Shown: one piece after another, positions 1 to 10,579 of the stretch
Layout: each line of letters opens with the position of its first letter
How positions within the stretch are numbered: position 1 is the stretch's first letter
Source: Acidobacteriota bacterium
Lineage (GTDB): Bacteria > Acidobacteriota > UBA6911 > RPQK01 > JAJDTT01
Reading direction: 5' to 3'
DNA: 64,000 bases
NCBI GenBank assembly: GCA_965217775.1
Contig: CBDCJH010000002.1
Location: 3,328,001 to 3,392,000 of the forward strand
Made by a program: the position numbers and the translations under genes
Notes under the pieces: model-generated
Seen by the model: only the letters and a program-made list of their open reading frames with translations
Database searches by the model: none
Told to the model about the DNA's origin: nothing

Positions 1-67
1 CGCAACGCAGTCCGCGCACGATGCAGGGACGGTCGAATGCCGCGACGACTTTTGCCACGGGCTGTTA
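1..67. mobile_element. Right part of MITE family A, cut by the window edge
   Basis: Closely matches 3448-3514, including the terminal GACTTTTGCCACGGGCTG followed by TTA. Confidence 0.75.
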
Positions 68-156
68 AGGGTGAGTATTGGAAATCCGTCATAGAGGTGG
101 CATGGATTTTGGACAACTCAGCAATATTGCTCCAACGCCCGAACCTGGGTCAATCG

Positions 157-183
157 CGGAAGCAAAAGACTGTCCCCTTTTCG
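157..183 (+). repeat. GACTGTCCCC intergenic motif copy
   Basis: CGGAAGCAAAAGACTGTCCCCTTTTCG; core at 168-177, 14 bp from the dipeptidase stop codon. Confidence 0.85.
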
Positions 184-190
184 GGTGAGC

Positions 191-1273
191 TCACTCAGGT
201 AAACACCTCTCGAAAAAGCGCTGCCAGTTGGCGTACATCACGTTGGCGATGTCCTCGGGTTTCCAGTTGCGCCTTACCAGAGTCTCGGCGATCTTCGGGT
301 AATCGGCTACGGTGTCGATCCCGCCGGGCGCCCCGGCCAGACCTCCCTGCCCGTCAGTGTCGCCGCCGATAGCGGCGTGGAGGGTGCTGCCGGCCAATTC
401 GCAGATGTGCTCGATGTGATCGGCGGCGTCCTCCAGCGTCACCTCCTCCCTTGCGAAGGGGCGAGCGCGGCCCATTCCGGGTGTGGCCCAATCCAGCCTC
501 TGGGTGCGGTGGAGCATCCAGGTGTCCAGCGAGACCCCGATCACTCCTCCCCGCTCGATGACCGCTCGTAGCTGCCGGTCCGAAAACTGCCGTTCCCCCG
601 GGACCAGAGCGCGGCAATTCTGGTGGCTGGCCAGGACCGGCCCCTGGAACAGTTCCAGGGACTGCCAGAATCCCTCGTCGGAGATGTGGGTCAGGTCCAG
701 GATCATTCCGGTCCGCTCCATTTCCGCCAGCAACGGCCGCGCCGGTGGAAACAACCCTCCGGGACAGCCCGTCCCGTGCGCGTAACTGCTGGGGCCGTAG
801 TGGGTCAGGCTCACGACTCGGAGTCCCCAGTCCCACCACAGGGACAACTGCTCGGGCCAGAGAATGGGATCGGCCCCCTCCATCCCCAGGACCACGCCCA
901 CGGCTCGTCCGGCCGTTTCGGCCGCATCTGTCCATTCCTCCATGTGGCGGCTGAATTCGGACCGGGTCTCGAGAATCCGGATTTCTCCACGGGCCGCCAG
1001 GACCTGATAGAAGGCGAGGTGACCGCGGGCGGCGGCATGGGCCAAGTCCCCACTACGGTAGCCCCGGAGGGGACTGCCTTCTCTTTCGATCCGAGCTACC
1101 ACCTTGACCAGCGCGCCCGCAATCCCACCCCGTCTCATCTCGGGCAGGGTGGCCAGGACCAGATTGCCCGAGTCCGGGTCGGCCCGGCGCACCGCCTCGA
1201 CGGGCAGGGTCAGATCCCGGTTCAACTCCAGGGCACTGTAAGCCATCGGGTAGTCGCCATCGAAAATGAGCAT
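191..1273 (-). CDS. Membrane dipeptidase (peptidase M19 family)
   Basis: 360 aa; GMEGAD, ILDLTH, ASHQN, GGDTDG and terminal 'NVMYANWQRFF' fit the renal dipeptidase fold. Confidence 0.85.
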   Translation of the reverse strand: MLIFDGDYPMAYSALELNRDLTLPVEAVRRADPDSGNLVLATLPEMRRGGIAGALVKVVARIEREGSPLRGYRSGDLAHAAARGHLAFYQVLAARGEIRILETRSEFSRHMEEWTDAAETAGRAVGVVLGMEGADPILWPEQLSLWWDWGLRVVSLTHYGPSSYAHGTGCPGGLFPPARPLLAEMERTGMILDLTHISDEGFWQSLELFQGPVLASHQNCRALVPGERQFSDRQLRAVIERGGVIGVSLDTWMLHRTQRLDWATPGMGRARPFAREEVTLEDAADHIEHICELAGSTLHAAIGGDTDGQGGLAGAPGGIDTVADYPKIAETLVRRNWKPEDIANVMYANWQRFFERCLPE

Positions 1274-1278
1274 CCCCT

Positions 1279-1440
1279 TCAGCCTCCCTTCCCTGGGATC
1301 CTGGCTATCCTCAGGGCCGTCGTCTGTCCGGCATCGATCGACTGGTCCTTGTCCAAAACCACTCCGTAGACCTTCCGTGCCGTCGCCGCCGAGGAGATCC
1401 CTTCCCCGAAAACCTCACGGACGCCTTCTCGGGAAAGATC
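1279..1440 (-). pseudogene. C-terminal remnant of a hydantoinase B/oxoprolinase-family gene
   Basis: 'EGISSAATARKVYGVVLDKDQSIDAGQTTALR' resembles the HyuB C-terminus; nothing homologous upstream, where the motif at ~1477-1515 lies. Confidence 0.55.
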
Positions 1441-1476
1441 ACCAGGAACGCTCCCATGGCTGCGTCGAGGACCGCC

Positions 1477-1515
1477 CGGAAGAAACACGGAAGAAACAGA
1501 CTGTCCCCTTTTCGG
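1477..1515 (+). repeat. GACTGTCCCC motif copy with 11-bp tandem duplication
   Basis: CGGAAGAAACA x2 (1477-1498), then GACTGTCCCCTTTTCGG. Confidence 0.85.
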
Positions 1516-1620
1516 TCTCTCTCCAGGTTCGGCGATGATCTCTTGACTTTCAAGCAAACCACGCAGAACCGATGTCGGTTCAAGGTTCCAGAAACCACAG
1601 ATCTTTGGGGACGAACGCCG

Positions 1621-1751
1621 ATGATGCTCCGGACGATTGTCCCTCTGCCGGCGCTCCTCGCCGTTATGCCTGCTGTCCCTGGGCAGGCAAGCCGATCCGT
1701 CTCCGGTTCGTCATGAAGGACGCCGACCTCTACCCTCTCCGGTTGCGGTAG
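1621..1751 (+). pseudogene. Chimeric scar: sulfatase signal-peptide start joined to a beta-propeller-family C-terminus
   Basis: 1621-1676 is 52/56 identical to 18637-18692; 1683-1751 encodes AGKPIRLRFVMKDADLYPLRLR* in another frame. Confidence 0.7.
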
Positions 1752-1897
1752 GACCTGGCATCCACTTCCCATCCGAGGGAGCGCAACGGCACCCGGGAGA
1801 CGGGAGCATCCGGACAAAGTCGAGAGAAACGACACCGGGCACGCAATGACCAAGATGGCGGAAATGACTCGTCTCCTGACCCCGTTCGCTGTTTGAC

Positions 1898-3283
1898 TTG
1901 ACAGGATCGTCGAGGATCTGCCAGTTCTCCTGCGTGCCTACCCGGCTCCTGACCCTCCTCGTCATCATGACCGCCGCGTCGGTCGTTGCCTGCACGGTGG
2001 AGACCGGCTCCCGGCGGGACCGCCCCAACATCGTCCTGATCCTGGCGGACGATCTGGGCTACGAAACCCTGGGCGCCTACGGAGGGCGCTCCTACTCGAC
2101 GCCGATGCTGGACCGCCTGGCCCGTCAGGGGATTCGTTTCGACCACGCCTATTCCCAGCCGCTCTGCACGAACACCCGCGTGCAGTTGATGACGGGCCGC
2201 TACCAGCACCGCTACTGGCAGGGCTTCGGAATCCTGCCGAAAGGGGAGAGGACCTTCAGCCATCTCATGCAGGAGGCGGGCTACCGGACGCTGATCTCCG
2301 GGAAATGGCAGCTGCACAGCTATGATCCCGCGGACTATCCCGGTGCGGCGGAGAGACGGGGAACGGGTATGCGGGGCGCCGAGTCGGGATTTGACGAGTA
2401 TCTGCTCTGGCACGCCTGGCATACCGAGGACAAGGGATCACGGTATGCGGATCCCACCTATGACCTCAATGGAAAGCTGGTTCGGGCGCAGACGGGGGCT
2501 TACGGGCCGGATCTCTTCGTGGACTACATCAACGATTTCGCAGAGCGGAACCGCGACCTTCCGTTCTTTGTCTACTACCCCATGGCGCTCCCGCACGGCC
2601 CCTTCGTACCCACTCCGGACAGCCCCCAATGGCAGCAGGAATCCCGGCGCCACGAATCGGACCCGGCCTACTTTGCCGACATGGTCGCCTACATGGACAA
2701 GCTGGTCGGAAGGATCGTGGCCCACCTGGACCGGCTGGGTCTGCGCCGACAGACTCTGGTCCTGTTCTATGCCGACAACGGCACCCACAGGATGATTTCT
2801 TCGCAGCTTGGAAACCGGACGATCCAGGGCGGAAAGGGAAAGACGACCGATGCCGGAACTCGAGTGCCGATGATCGCCAGTTGGCCCGGCACGGTTCCGG
2901 CCGGCGTGGTCTCACAGGATCTCATCGACTCGGTCGATATCTACCCGACGCTGGCGGAGCTGGCGGGCATCCGGCTCCCAGGCCAGTCCCTGGTCGACGG
3001 CGTCAGTTTTGCGGATCGGCTATGGGGACGGGACGGGGATCGCCGCGACTGGATCTTCATGCACTTCGAACCGAGGCCGGGATGGGACAAGGACAAGTAC
3101 GCGCAACTCACGTTCGTCCGCGATCGGAAATACAAGCTGTACGGCAACGGAGAGCTCTACGACATCGAATCCGACGGCCTGGAAGCCAGCCCCATCCAGG
3201 TGTCCCAACGCACCGAGGAGCAACGGCGGATCTCCGAGAGGTTTCGGACCATCCTGGAAAGGCTTGAGGGCCGGAAGAAATGA
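1898..3283 (+). CDS. Formylglycine-type (S1) sulfatase, exported; start uncertain
   Basis: PNIVLILADDLG, variant signature CTNTR..LMTG, GKWQL, ADNG, GTRVP. Confidence 0.9.
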   Translation: MTGSSRICQFSCVPTRLLTLLVIMTAASVVACTVETGSRRDRPNIVLILADDLGYETLGAYGGRSYSTPMLDRLARQGIRFDHAYSQPLCTNTRVQLMTGRYQHRYWQGFGILPKGERTFSHLMQEAGYRTLISGKWQLHSYDPADYPGAAERRGTGMRGAESGFDEYLLWHAWHTEDKGSRYADPTYDLNGKLVRAQTGAYGPDLFVDYINDFAERNRDLPFFVYYPMALPHGPFVPTPDSPQWQQESRRHESDPAYFADMVAYMDKLVGRIVAHLDRLGLRRQTLVLFYADNGTHRMISSQLGNRTIQGGKGKTTDAGTRVPMIASWPGTVPAGVVSQDLIDSVDIYPTLAELAGIRLPGQSLVDGVSFADRLWGRDGDRRDWIFMHFEPRPGWDKDKYAQLTFVRDRKYKLYGNGELYDIESDGLEASPIQVSQRTEEQRRISERFRTILERLEGRKK

Positions 3284-3320
3284 CCGCGGGACGCCGATCT
3301 GGCTGCGCCTGCGGCCTCGA

Positions 3321-3929
3321 TCCATCGGCATTACCCAGCTTCTCCAATACTATCAGTCCGTGGTGAAAGTCCCGCGAGCACCGAGACCGTTCCTGCGCCC
3401 GCCGGACAAGGCGCGATTCGGGTGCATACCGGGAGTATGTGCCCGAATCGCAACGCAGTCCGCCGGGATGCAGGGACGGTCGAATGCCGTGGCGACTTTT
3501 GCCACGGGCTGCTATGGGCCTCTCCGCCACCCCGGCGGCCCAGGCTGGCCCTCGCGGGTTCCCGGTTGACGCGTGCCACGCCACCGGCGGGGCTTCCCGT
3601 GTTGCTACCCTCTCCCTCTTGTCCACATGCCACCGCCACTACCCCGGCGGAACCGGCCGGTGCTTACGTCGCTCGCTTCCCGGCCGCTGCCAGCCTTCGT
3701 GCGTATCTCAGGCGGGTCGGCTTCCGCATTGCCCGTTTCGAGGCCTGCGCAGCGTTCGCTCAAGCTACGGCCTGCGGACTCGCTGAGTCGCCCGAGGCGA
3801 CCCTTTGGCATCGGAGTGCTTCAGTCCAATTCGTTACCTCCTTGAACCGCTCCGACTGCTACCGGCTGGAGCGACAGTTGCCGGGCGAGTTTCGCACCCG
3901 CTAGGAGAAAGCGCCTTTCCATGGCGTAC
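3321..3929 (-). mobile_element. 5' remnant of a group II intron (about domains I-III), no RT ORF, interrupted by a MITE
   Basis: Minus strand starts GTACGCC (consensus GTGCG). It continues with recognisable intron blocks GCTCCAGCCGG..GGAGGTAACGAA, GCAACACGGGAAGCCC, GCGGAGAGGCCCATAG and GAAGCTGGGTAATGCC. Recognised from memory of the family. Confidence 0.75.
3351..3514. mobile_element. MITE family A, complete copy (~160 bp)
   Basis: Imperfect TIRs CAGTCCGTGGTGAAAGTC / GACTTTTGCCACGGGCTG, (C)TA duplicated at both ends; second copy at 1-67. Confidence 0.8.
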
Positions 3930-4071
3930 TGAGAAATGCGGGCCAGGGCCGCTGCCCGTCTTCGCCACCCAGGCTTGACTCCCCGCAGGGTTCCGATGAA
4001 GACTTGTCTTCAAACGCGAGCGGTCCTCTTAACCCGGTCCCTGGCTGGCGCGGCGCTGCAGATAAGGCTCG

Positions 4072-4773
4072 ATGAAGCGGCTCTTGTCATTTTCTGCGAT
4101 TGCATTCCACATCTTGGCCGCCTCTTGTCCGTCCGTGAGGATGGCAAGGGCGGCAACTCCGTTCGCCACCGATCTGTTTGTCGGCGGGCAGGGCGGCTAC
4201 CACGCTTATCGAATCCCGGCGATGATCGTCTCGCCGCAGGGCTCGCTGATCGTCTTCTGCGAGGCTCGCAAGTCGAGCCTGTCGGACCACGGGGATATCG
4301 ACCTGCTCCTGCGGCGTAGCGAAGACGGCGGCAGGACTTGGCTGGCGCCGCGGCTGGTGATCGAGGAAGGCGGAGACGCCCCGATCAAGTACGGCAATCC
4401 CACGGCAGTCGTCGATCGGGAAACGGGCTCCATCTGGTTGGCAGTCAATCGCGATTACCTCGACCCACGTGGCCGGCGTCAGGGAGGAAGACCCCTTCTC
4501 CTTCGCAGCGACGACGACGGAAACAGTTGGTTGAACCCGATAGACATATACGGCGCAGACGAAAAAACCGGTTGGAAGCATTACGCATTCGGCCCCGGCA
4601 TCCGCATTCAACTGCAGCACGGCCGGCACCAAGGCCGGCTCATCCTGCCGGCCAACTATCGAGAGTCATTCGACAAACGGCAACCAAGTCGGTCCCACGT
4701 CATCTTCAGCGACGATCACGGCAGATCATTGAATGCCGTTGCGGCATTGGGAGAAAGACCGGACAGGTACTGA
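4072..4773 (+). pseudogene. C-terminally truncated GH33 sialidase-like gene
   Basis: Signal peptide, YRIP and Asp-boxes (SEDGGRTW, SDDDGNSW, SDDHGRS); ends at 233 aa without the C-terminal half seen in the intact paralog at 23396. Confidence 0.7.
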
Positions 4774-4788
4774 AGAAAGGAGACGCCC

Positions 4789-7098
4789 ATGTTCAGACAC
4801 CTGCAACGAGTGTTGGCGGCGGCGGCCGTGGTGCTGCCTGCGCTAGCCTCGACGCCTCTGGACCGTCCGCCCCGGCAGGATGAGCAGACGTTCCTGCTGC
4901 TGCATCTGGACGAGCCGGACGAAGGAATAGCGGTCGCCGACAAGGTGCTGGTGGATCCCGTCTACGTGCGGATGGAGGCCCGGCACCAGCAGGGACGTTT
5001 CGGTGGAGCTCTGAAGTTCGTAGGTCGGCCAGGTCTCCGCCAGTGTCTGTTGGTTTCTCTGCCCCAGCCGCAATATCTGACCCGTCACACCCGCAAGCGT
5101 CCACCCATCCGCTTCGCGGATGTCGAAGTGCCGGTGGTCCTCATGGACAACCAGAGGGGCTACACCATCGAGTTCTGGATGCTTCCCCAGGCCCGGCAGG
5201 CGCAGGTCATGCTGGCGGGGGTCAACTCGGCGACCTGGGTCCCCACATCCTCCTGGAAGGTGGAAATCACCGGGCAAGGGCGGTTGCGTTTCGCCAGCGG
5301 AGCCGGCCTCCACCGTTTTTACATGGAGAGCGAGAAGCCAGTCGCCATCGGCCGCTGGACCCACGTGGCCGTGGTCTGCGACAGGGGCAACGTGGGCATT
5401 TATCTCAACGGCCGCCGGTCCGGTCCGTTTCGGCGGATGGAACTGGCAGAGCGCCAGGGGGTGGGCGAGCCCGGAAGCGACGGCTCCATCCTGTGTGTCG
5501 GCGGTCCCGGGCCGGACGCCCAAACCGGCTTCTTCGACGGCCTGATCGATGAGGTCCGCCTTTCCACGGCGCCGCGCCGTTTCGAGCCCGATCCCGCCAT
5601 CCTGATCGGCAACGGCAAGGAGCTGTTCCTGGATGATTTTCTGCTGGCTCGAATGGAGGGGATCGAACGGGTCGTGAACCAACCTGAGCGCTACCCGGGC
5701 AACCCGCTGCTGACGGCCAAGGGCGACTGGGAAGCCGGCTCCATGCAACAGTTCGGAACCCTCTATGATCCCCGGCTGCAATTGTTCCGAACCTGGTACC
5801 GGGCCAACAACAGCGAGGACAACCAGATGAGCATGTGCTACGCCGTGAGCCGCGACGGCCTTCGGTGGGAGCAGCCGGTGCTGGGTCTGGCGGAATATCG
5901 AGGCTCGACGCGGAACAACATCGTCACGCCGAAGCGGTCCTTCTTCGTGTTCCTGGACCCTCTGGCCCGGCCAGGCGAGGGGAACATCTGCGCCAGCGCG
6001 AAGATGCTTTACGGGTCCGACCGGGGGACCTTCAAGCAGATCCTCCTGCGCTCCCCCGACGGACTCCACTGGCCCTGGGGGCCGGTGCGGAACATGAGCG
6101 GCTACCAGGGTTGGCCCTACAGCCGCATCCGCCGCCAGGAAGCCGTCATGGCCACCGACCGGCCGCTCATGCAGAATCCAGTCTACTTCGCCCGCCTCGA
6201 CAAGATGACGGTGATCGCCAACGAGGGCGAGGGGTTGAAGGACCGGGTCTATGCCCGCATCGGGTGGGACCTGACCCACTGGCAGGACCCGGTCTTGACG
6301 GACCTGAAGCGGAGCGAAAAAAACAATCTGGGCTGGTACGGCATCCGGACCAAGGACGAGTCCAGCGTCCTGGTGGGATTCACCGACGCCTACCACAATG
6401 AGCAGAATCCGGATCCCCGCTGGAGGAGCCTGGGGCCCGAGGCCTACCAGGACAAGCCCAGCGCCTGGCTCGACATTCAGCTCATCAGTTCGCGCGACGG
6501 CTACCGTTGGCAGCACGTGGCGGACCAGGATGTGTTCCTGCCGGTGGGTCCGGAGGGCGCCTGGGACGAGGGGATGGTGCTGTACGCACAGGCCGTCGAG
6601 CCTCCGGGATCGGACCGGATCTACCTCTACTACCAGGGCTCGCCCGTCCGCCACGACATGACCGATGCCGGATGGCTCCAGTGGCACGCCCGTTCCCAAC
6701 GACCCTCAAACAACATGGGCGTCGCGTTTCTGAGGAAGGAGGGCTACGTCAGCCTGGAGGTGAAGCCGGATGCGGCCGAAGGCGTGGTCGAAACCCGGCC
6801 GCTCCGATACCGGGGACGGCACCTCTTCGTCAATGCCGACGCCTCGAAGGGCGCGGTCCAGGTGGAACTCTGCGACGAGACGGGGAATCCCCTGTCCGGG
6901 TTCGGACGGAAGCGGGCCCTGCCGTTGACGACGGACGTGACGAACCATCTCATTCGCTGGGGCCAAGAGAGCGACGTCTCGCGGTTTGCGGGCCAGGCTG
7001 TGGTCCTTCGTTTCCACCTGACACCGGGCGCAAAATTGTACGCGTATCGCTTTGGTGGGCCCGACCCCCACCTGGATCTCGAGCGCCGGGAGCCGTAG
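4789..7098 (+). CDS. Secreted LamG-like domain + beta-propeller GH-like protein
   Basis: GRFGGAL, TIEFW, WTHVAV, FDGLIDEVRLS (LamG); ELFLDD, SRDG..W repeats, C-terminal LRFHL..AKLYAYRF; paralog of 26366. Confidence 0.8.
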   Translation: MFRHLQRVLAAAAVVLPALASTPLDRPPRQDEQTFLLLHLDEPDEGIAVADKVLVDPVYVRMEARHQQGRFGGALKFVGRPGLRQCLLVSLPQPQYLTRHTRKRPPIRFADVEVPVVLMDNQRGYTIEFWMLPQARQAQVMLAGVNSATWVPTSSWKVEITGQGRLRFASGAGLHRFYMESEKPVAIGRWTHVAVVCDRGNVGIYLNGRRSGPFRRMELAERQGVGEPGSDGSILCVGGPGPDAQTGFFDGLIDEVRLSTAPRRFEPDPAILIGNGKELFLDDFLLARMEGIERVVNQPERYPGNPLLTAKGDWEAGSMQQFGTLYDPRLQLFRTWYRANNSEDNQMSMCYAVSRDGLRWEQPVLGLAEYRGSTRNNIVTPKRSFFVFLDPLARPGEGNICASAKMLYGSDRGTFKQILLRSPDGLHWPWGPVRNMSGYQGWPYSRIRRQEAVMATDRPLMQNPVYFARLDKMTVIANEGEGLKDRVYARIGWDLTHWQDPVLTDLKRSEKNNLGWYGIRTKDESSVLVGFTDAYHNEQNPDPRWRSLGPEAYQDKPSAWLDIQLISSRDGYRWQHVADQDVFLPVGPEGAWDEGMVLYAQAVEPPGSDRIYLYYQGSPVRHDMTDAGWLQWHARSQRPSNNMGVAFLRKEGYVSLEVKPDAAEGVVETRPLRYRGRHLFVNADASKGAVQVELCDETGNPLSGFGRKRALPLTTDVTNHLIRWGQESDVSRFAGQAVVLRFHLTPGAKLYAYRFGGPDPHLDLERREP

Positions 7099-7099
7099 C

Positions 7100-8593
7100 A
7101 TGTTCAGGGTCCCTGGTAACCGCACCAGTGGACGGCTGTATTCCGCGGCTCTACGCCGGGCACGAACGTTTCCTCTTCTCCTGCTCTCGGCTTTCCTGGC
7201 CGGATTCTCCTCCGGATGCACCCGGCAGCTCGAGCGGCCGAACATCGTTTTGATCCTGGCCGATGACCTGGGCTGGAACCAGTTGGGCTGCTACGGAAGC
7301 AGTTTCTACGAGACTCCCAACCTCGACGGCATGGCTCGAGAGGGGATGCGTCTCACCGACGCCTACGCGGCCAGCCCCGTCTGCTCCCCGACTCGAGCCA
7401 GCATCATGACGGGCAAGTACCCGGCGCGACTCCACGTCACCAAGTTCATCTCGCCGCAGGACTACGTCCCCAACCCGAACGCCAAGCTGTTGGATCCCGA
7501 CTGGACACCCTATCTGCGCTTGGAGGAGGAGACGATCGCCGAAGCCTTGAAGAAGCTGGGGTACGTGACGGCCGGCTTCGGAAAATGGCACCTCAGCCGC
7601 GTCAAGACGCCTCCCGAGAGCCTGCCCTTCAATCCGGACAAGCAAGGTTTCGACCAGCACTTCGTAACCTACAAGCCGGTCCCATCCATGGCCAGGAAGT
7701 GGCAGACGCCGGAGGACGATGCCCACAACGTGGGAATCATCACCGAGAAGTCCCTGGAGTTCATGGAGAAGAACCGTGAGAGGCCCTTCTTCCTCTTCGT
7801 TTCGCACAACAGCATTCACACCCCCCTGGTGGAGAAGAAGGCTCTGATCTCCAAGTACCGGAGGAAGCCGGACGTCGACTCTCCCACCAACCACCCGGTT
7901 ATCGGAGCCATGATCGAGACCCTGGATCGCAGTGTCGGCCGGCTGCTGGCCAAAATCGACGAGATGAAGCTGACCGAGAGGACCCTCGTGCTTTTCTATT
8001 CCGACAACGGAGGATTGGATTGGACCGCGACCGAGGGGCAGATCGCCGCCAACGATCCGTTGCGGGCCGGAAAGGCCGACCTCTACGAAGGGGGAATCCG
8101 GGTGCCCTTGATCGTCCGCTGGCCGGGCCGAATCCCCCCCGGCCGCGTCTCCGGGGAACCTGTCAACAGCGTGGATCTCTTTCCCACGCTGCTGGAGGCA
8201 GCCGGAGGCACCGAGACGGGCAAGGACACCGACGGCGTGAGCCTGCTGCCGCTTCTCACGGGGCCCGTGGTCCCCGGCCGGGACGCGCTCTTCTGGCACT
8301 ACCCCCACTACCACAAGTTCGGAGCCTTCCCTTCGAGCGCCATCCGGAAGGGTGAGTACAAACTGATCGAGTGGCACGAGGCCGGGATCTACGGATCGGA
8401 CAATCGGTACGAACTCTACGACTTGGTGGACGATCTGGGGGAGTCTCGAAATCTGGCCTCCGTCCTGCCGGAGAAGACCCGGGAACTGGCAGCCGACCTG
8501 GAGAACTGGCGGCGCTCGGTGGGAGCCCAGATGCCGAAGCGCAACCCCGACTATCGGCCGGAAGGCCAGCCGCGGGCGCGTGACCGGGAGTAG
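7100..8593 (+). CDS. S1 sulfatase, probable lipoprotein
   Basis: CSPTRASIMTG, GKWHL, SDNGG, YEGGIRVP; close paralog of 44240. Confidence 0.92.
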   Translation: MFRVPGNRTSGRLYSAALRRARTFPLLLLSAFLAGFSSGCTRQLERPNIVLILADDLGWNQLGCYGSSFYETPNLDGMAREGMRLTDAYAASPVCSPTRASIMTGKYPARLHVTKFISPQDYVPNPNAKLLDPDWTPYLRLEEETIAEALKKLGYVTAGFGKWHLSRVKTPPESLPFNPDKQGFDQHFVTYKPVPSMARKWQTPEDDAHNVGIITEKSLEFMEKNRERPFFLFVSHNSIHTPLVEKKALISKYRRKPDVDSPTNHPVIGAMIETLDRSVGRLLAKIDEMKLTERTLVLFYSDNGGLDWTATEGQIAANDPLRAGKADLYEGGIRVPLIVRWPGRIPPGRVSGEPVNSVDLFPTLLEAAGGTETGKDTDGVSLLPLLTGPVVPGRDALFWHYPHYHKFGAFPSSAIRKGEYKLIEWHEAGIYGSDNRYELYDLVDDLGESRNLASVLPEKTRELAADLENWRRSVGAQMPKRNPDYRPEGQPRARDRE

Positions 8594-8596
8594 ATC

Positions 8597-10426
8597 GATG
8601 CCGGGAACCGGAAGAGACTCGGGGCGGCTCCGATTTCAGCCATGGGCGGGACCGCGAGGAAAGGTGGCTATCCATCTCGCCCTGGTTCTCGGCGTGGCCT
8701 TTTCCGCCGGCTGGCCGGACATCGTGGTGGCCAACTATGGCGAGGAGAGCGGGCATCGCCAAGGTTATCGCCTGCACCGGGAGTCGTATGTCTACTGGGG
8801 GGCTCCCGACGGGTACTCAGCCGAGCGGCGCACGTCCATCCCCACCTTGAGCGCCATCAGCTGTGCCGTCGGGGACTTCGACGGCGACGGATGGGCAGAT
8901 CTCGCGTTTGCCAACAACAACCTCGAGCACCAGAGCCTGAGTCTCCATTGGGGCTCGAGCGCGGGATTCGACGGCGCCAGGCAGCTGGATCTGGAGGCGG
9001 GCAACCCGCGGCTGGTCCGAGCCGCCGATCTCGATCTCGACGGGACAGACGAACTGGTCGTGTTCTCGGGGAAGACGAGATCGGCCTTCTTCGATGCCGA
9101 TCGAACCGAGAGATCCAACCTGGATTCGGGATCCGCGGGCCTTCTGCTCTTCCAAATCTCTGAAAGGCCCAGCTTGGGCCGGCCCCGGCGCCTGCCCGCC
9201 GAGGAGGTCCGGGAGGTGATCGCCCGGGACCTCAACGGAGACGGTCACGTCGACCTGACTCTGGCCGGCCAAGTCGCCGATCAAGGGTCGGAAGTCACGG
9301 GTTCGGCACTCTACTGGGGATCGGGCGCCGGATTCGATCCCGGGCGGCGGACCGTTCTGCCGACTCTTTCCCCGGGATCGGTGGCGTCTGCGGATCTCAA
9401 CCGGGACGGCCATATCGACCTGGTCTTCGCCAACGCGGAAACCTCCAAGACCCACGACCCTCCCTCCCACATCTACTGGGGGTCGGAGAAGGGCTTCCAC
9501 CCGGCCCGGCGCTCCCACCTGCAGGGGTTCGGAGCCGTCGGCGTGACGGCCGCGGACCTGAACCGGGACGGCCATCCCGAGATCGTGCTCATGAACCGGC
9601 TCAGCGGCAGGAAAGCGGGCGAAATTCCTTCGCTCATCTTCTGGGGGAACTCGGCCCATCACTACTCGGAGGCGAAAGCGGTAGAATCGGTCCATATTTC
9701 CCCGATTTGTCGGCGAATAGAACAACTATGCACCTCCAAATCGAGAAAATCTGGCCTCGATTCCCCACTTTCTCGCTACGATCATTTCTACCGCGCAGAC
9801 TCCTGGTTTCCAGCAACTACAAGGCGGAGCAGACCCGGAGCCTTCCCGTCTTCATCTATTGGGGCAGCGCCGGGGCCGGCTACGAAAACCGCCGCAGGAC
9901 CGAACTTCCGGCGGAATCATCCTGCGGCATCCAGTTGCTGGACCTGAATCAGGACCGGTACCCGGAGATCGTCGTCAAAAACCACATCAAGGATGGCGAC
10001 CACAACTTCGGCGCCTACCTCTACTGGGGAGGCGAGGAGGGCTATTCCGTACAGCGCCGGACCCACCTTCCAACGGCGGGAACGCATTTCGCTCATGGGA
10101 TCGCTCCCGGCAACATCTATGACCGGGGTCCTGAGTACGACTATCTGTCGCCGGTGCTCCCGATCCCGGACAAACGGTGCTTCCTGGTTCCTGAATGGAG
10201 GGGTGAGACACCCCACAACACCTCGATCCGCATGCAGCTTCGCTTCGGATCTGACCAGTCACCATTGACTGGCGCCGCCTGGAGGGAGACCGGCCGCGGG
10301 GAGTGCCACTCCCTGAATGAGGATTCCGCGGCCCTGCAATACCGTGCCGTCCTGGTATCGCCGGATGGGGGCAACAGTCCCGTCCTGGAGGAAGTCATCC
10401 TGCGTTTCGTGGACTCATGTCCCTGA
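8597..10426 (+). pseudogene. FG-GAP/VCBS-repeat protein broken by a partial MITE
   Basis: DFDGDGWADL and DLNRDGHIDL repeats up to ~9670; resumes in another frame after 9803 (DLNQDRYPEI, YLYWG). Confidence 0.75.
9672..9803. mobile_element. MITE family B, partial copy (right part only)
   Basis: Nearly identical to 12109-12240; left TIR missing. Confidence 0.8.
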
Positions 10427-10579
10427 CAATCCCGGGCTCACAGCCACGTTCAGGAGCGATCCCAAGGCCAGCCGGTACTGGGATGGCCGCCAAGTGTCGC
10501 TGGGCAGGATGACGAGGGGCTCCTTGCCTTGTCGCGCTGTTGCTTCCGCCGTCATATAGTATTGGCCAGGAACCTGCAG

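Noticed and set aside
1596-1611. Short palindrome GAACCGATGTCGGTTC near 1566-1581 and adjacent sequence as an operator
   Set aside because: Single occurrence with no regulator nearby; not supportable.
4843-6699. Long antisense ORFs (also 15527-17089, 20016-21608, 26813-28678, 35468-37105, 50838-52853 and others)
   Set aside because: Shadows of real genes on the opposite strand in GC-rich DNA; no motifs.
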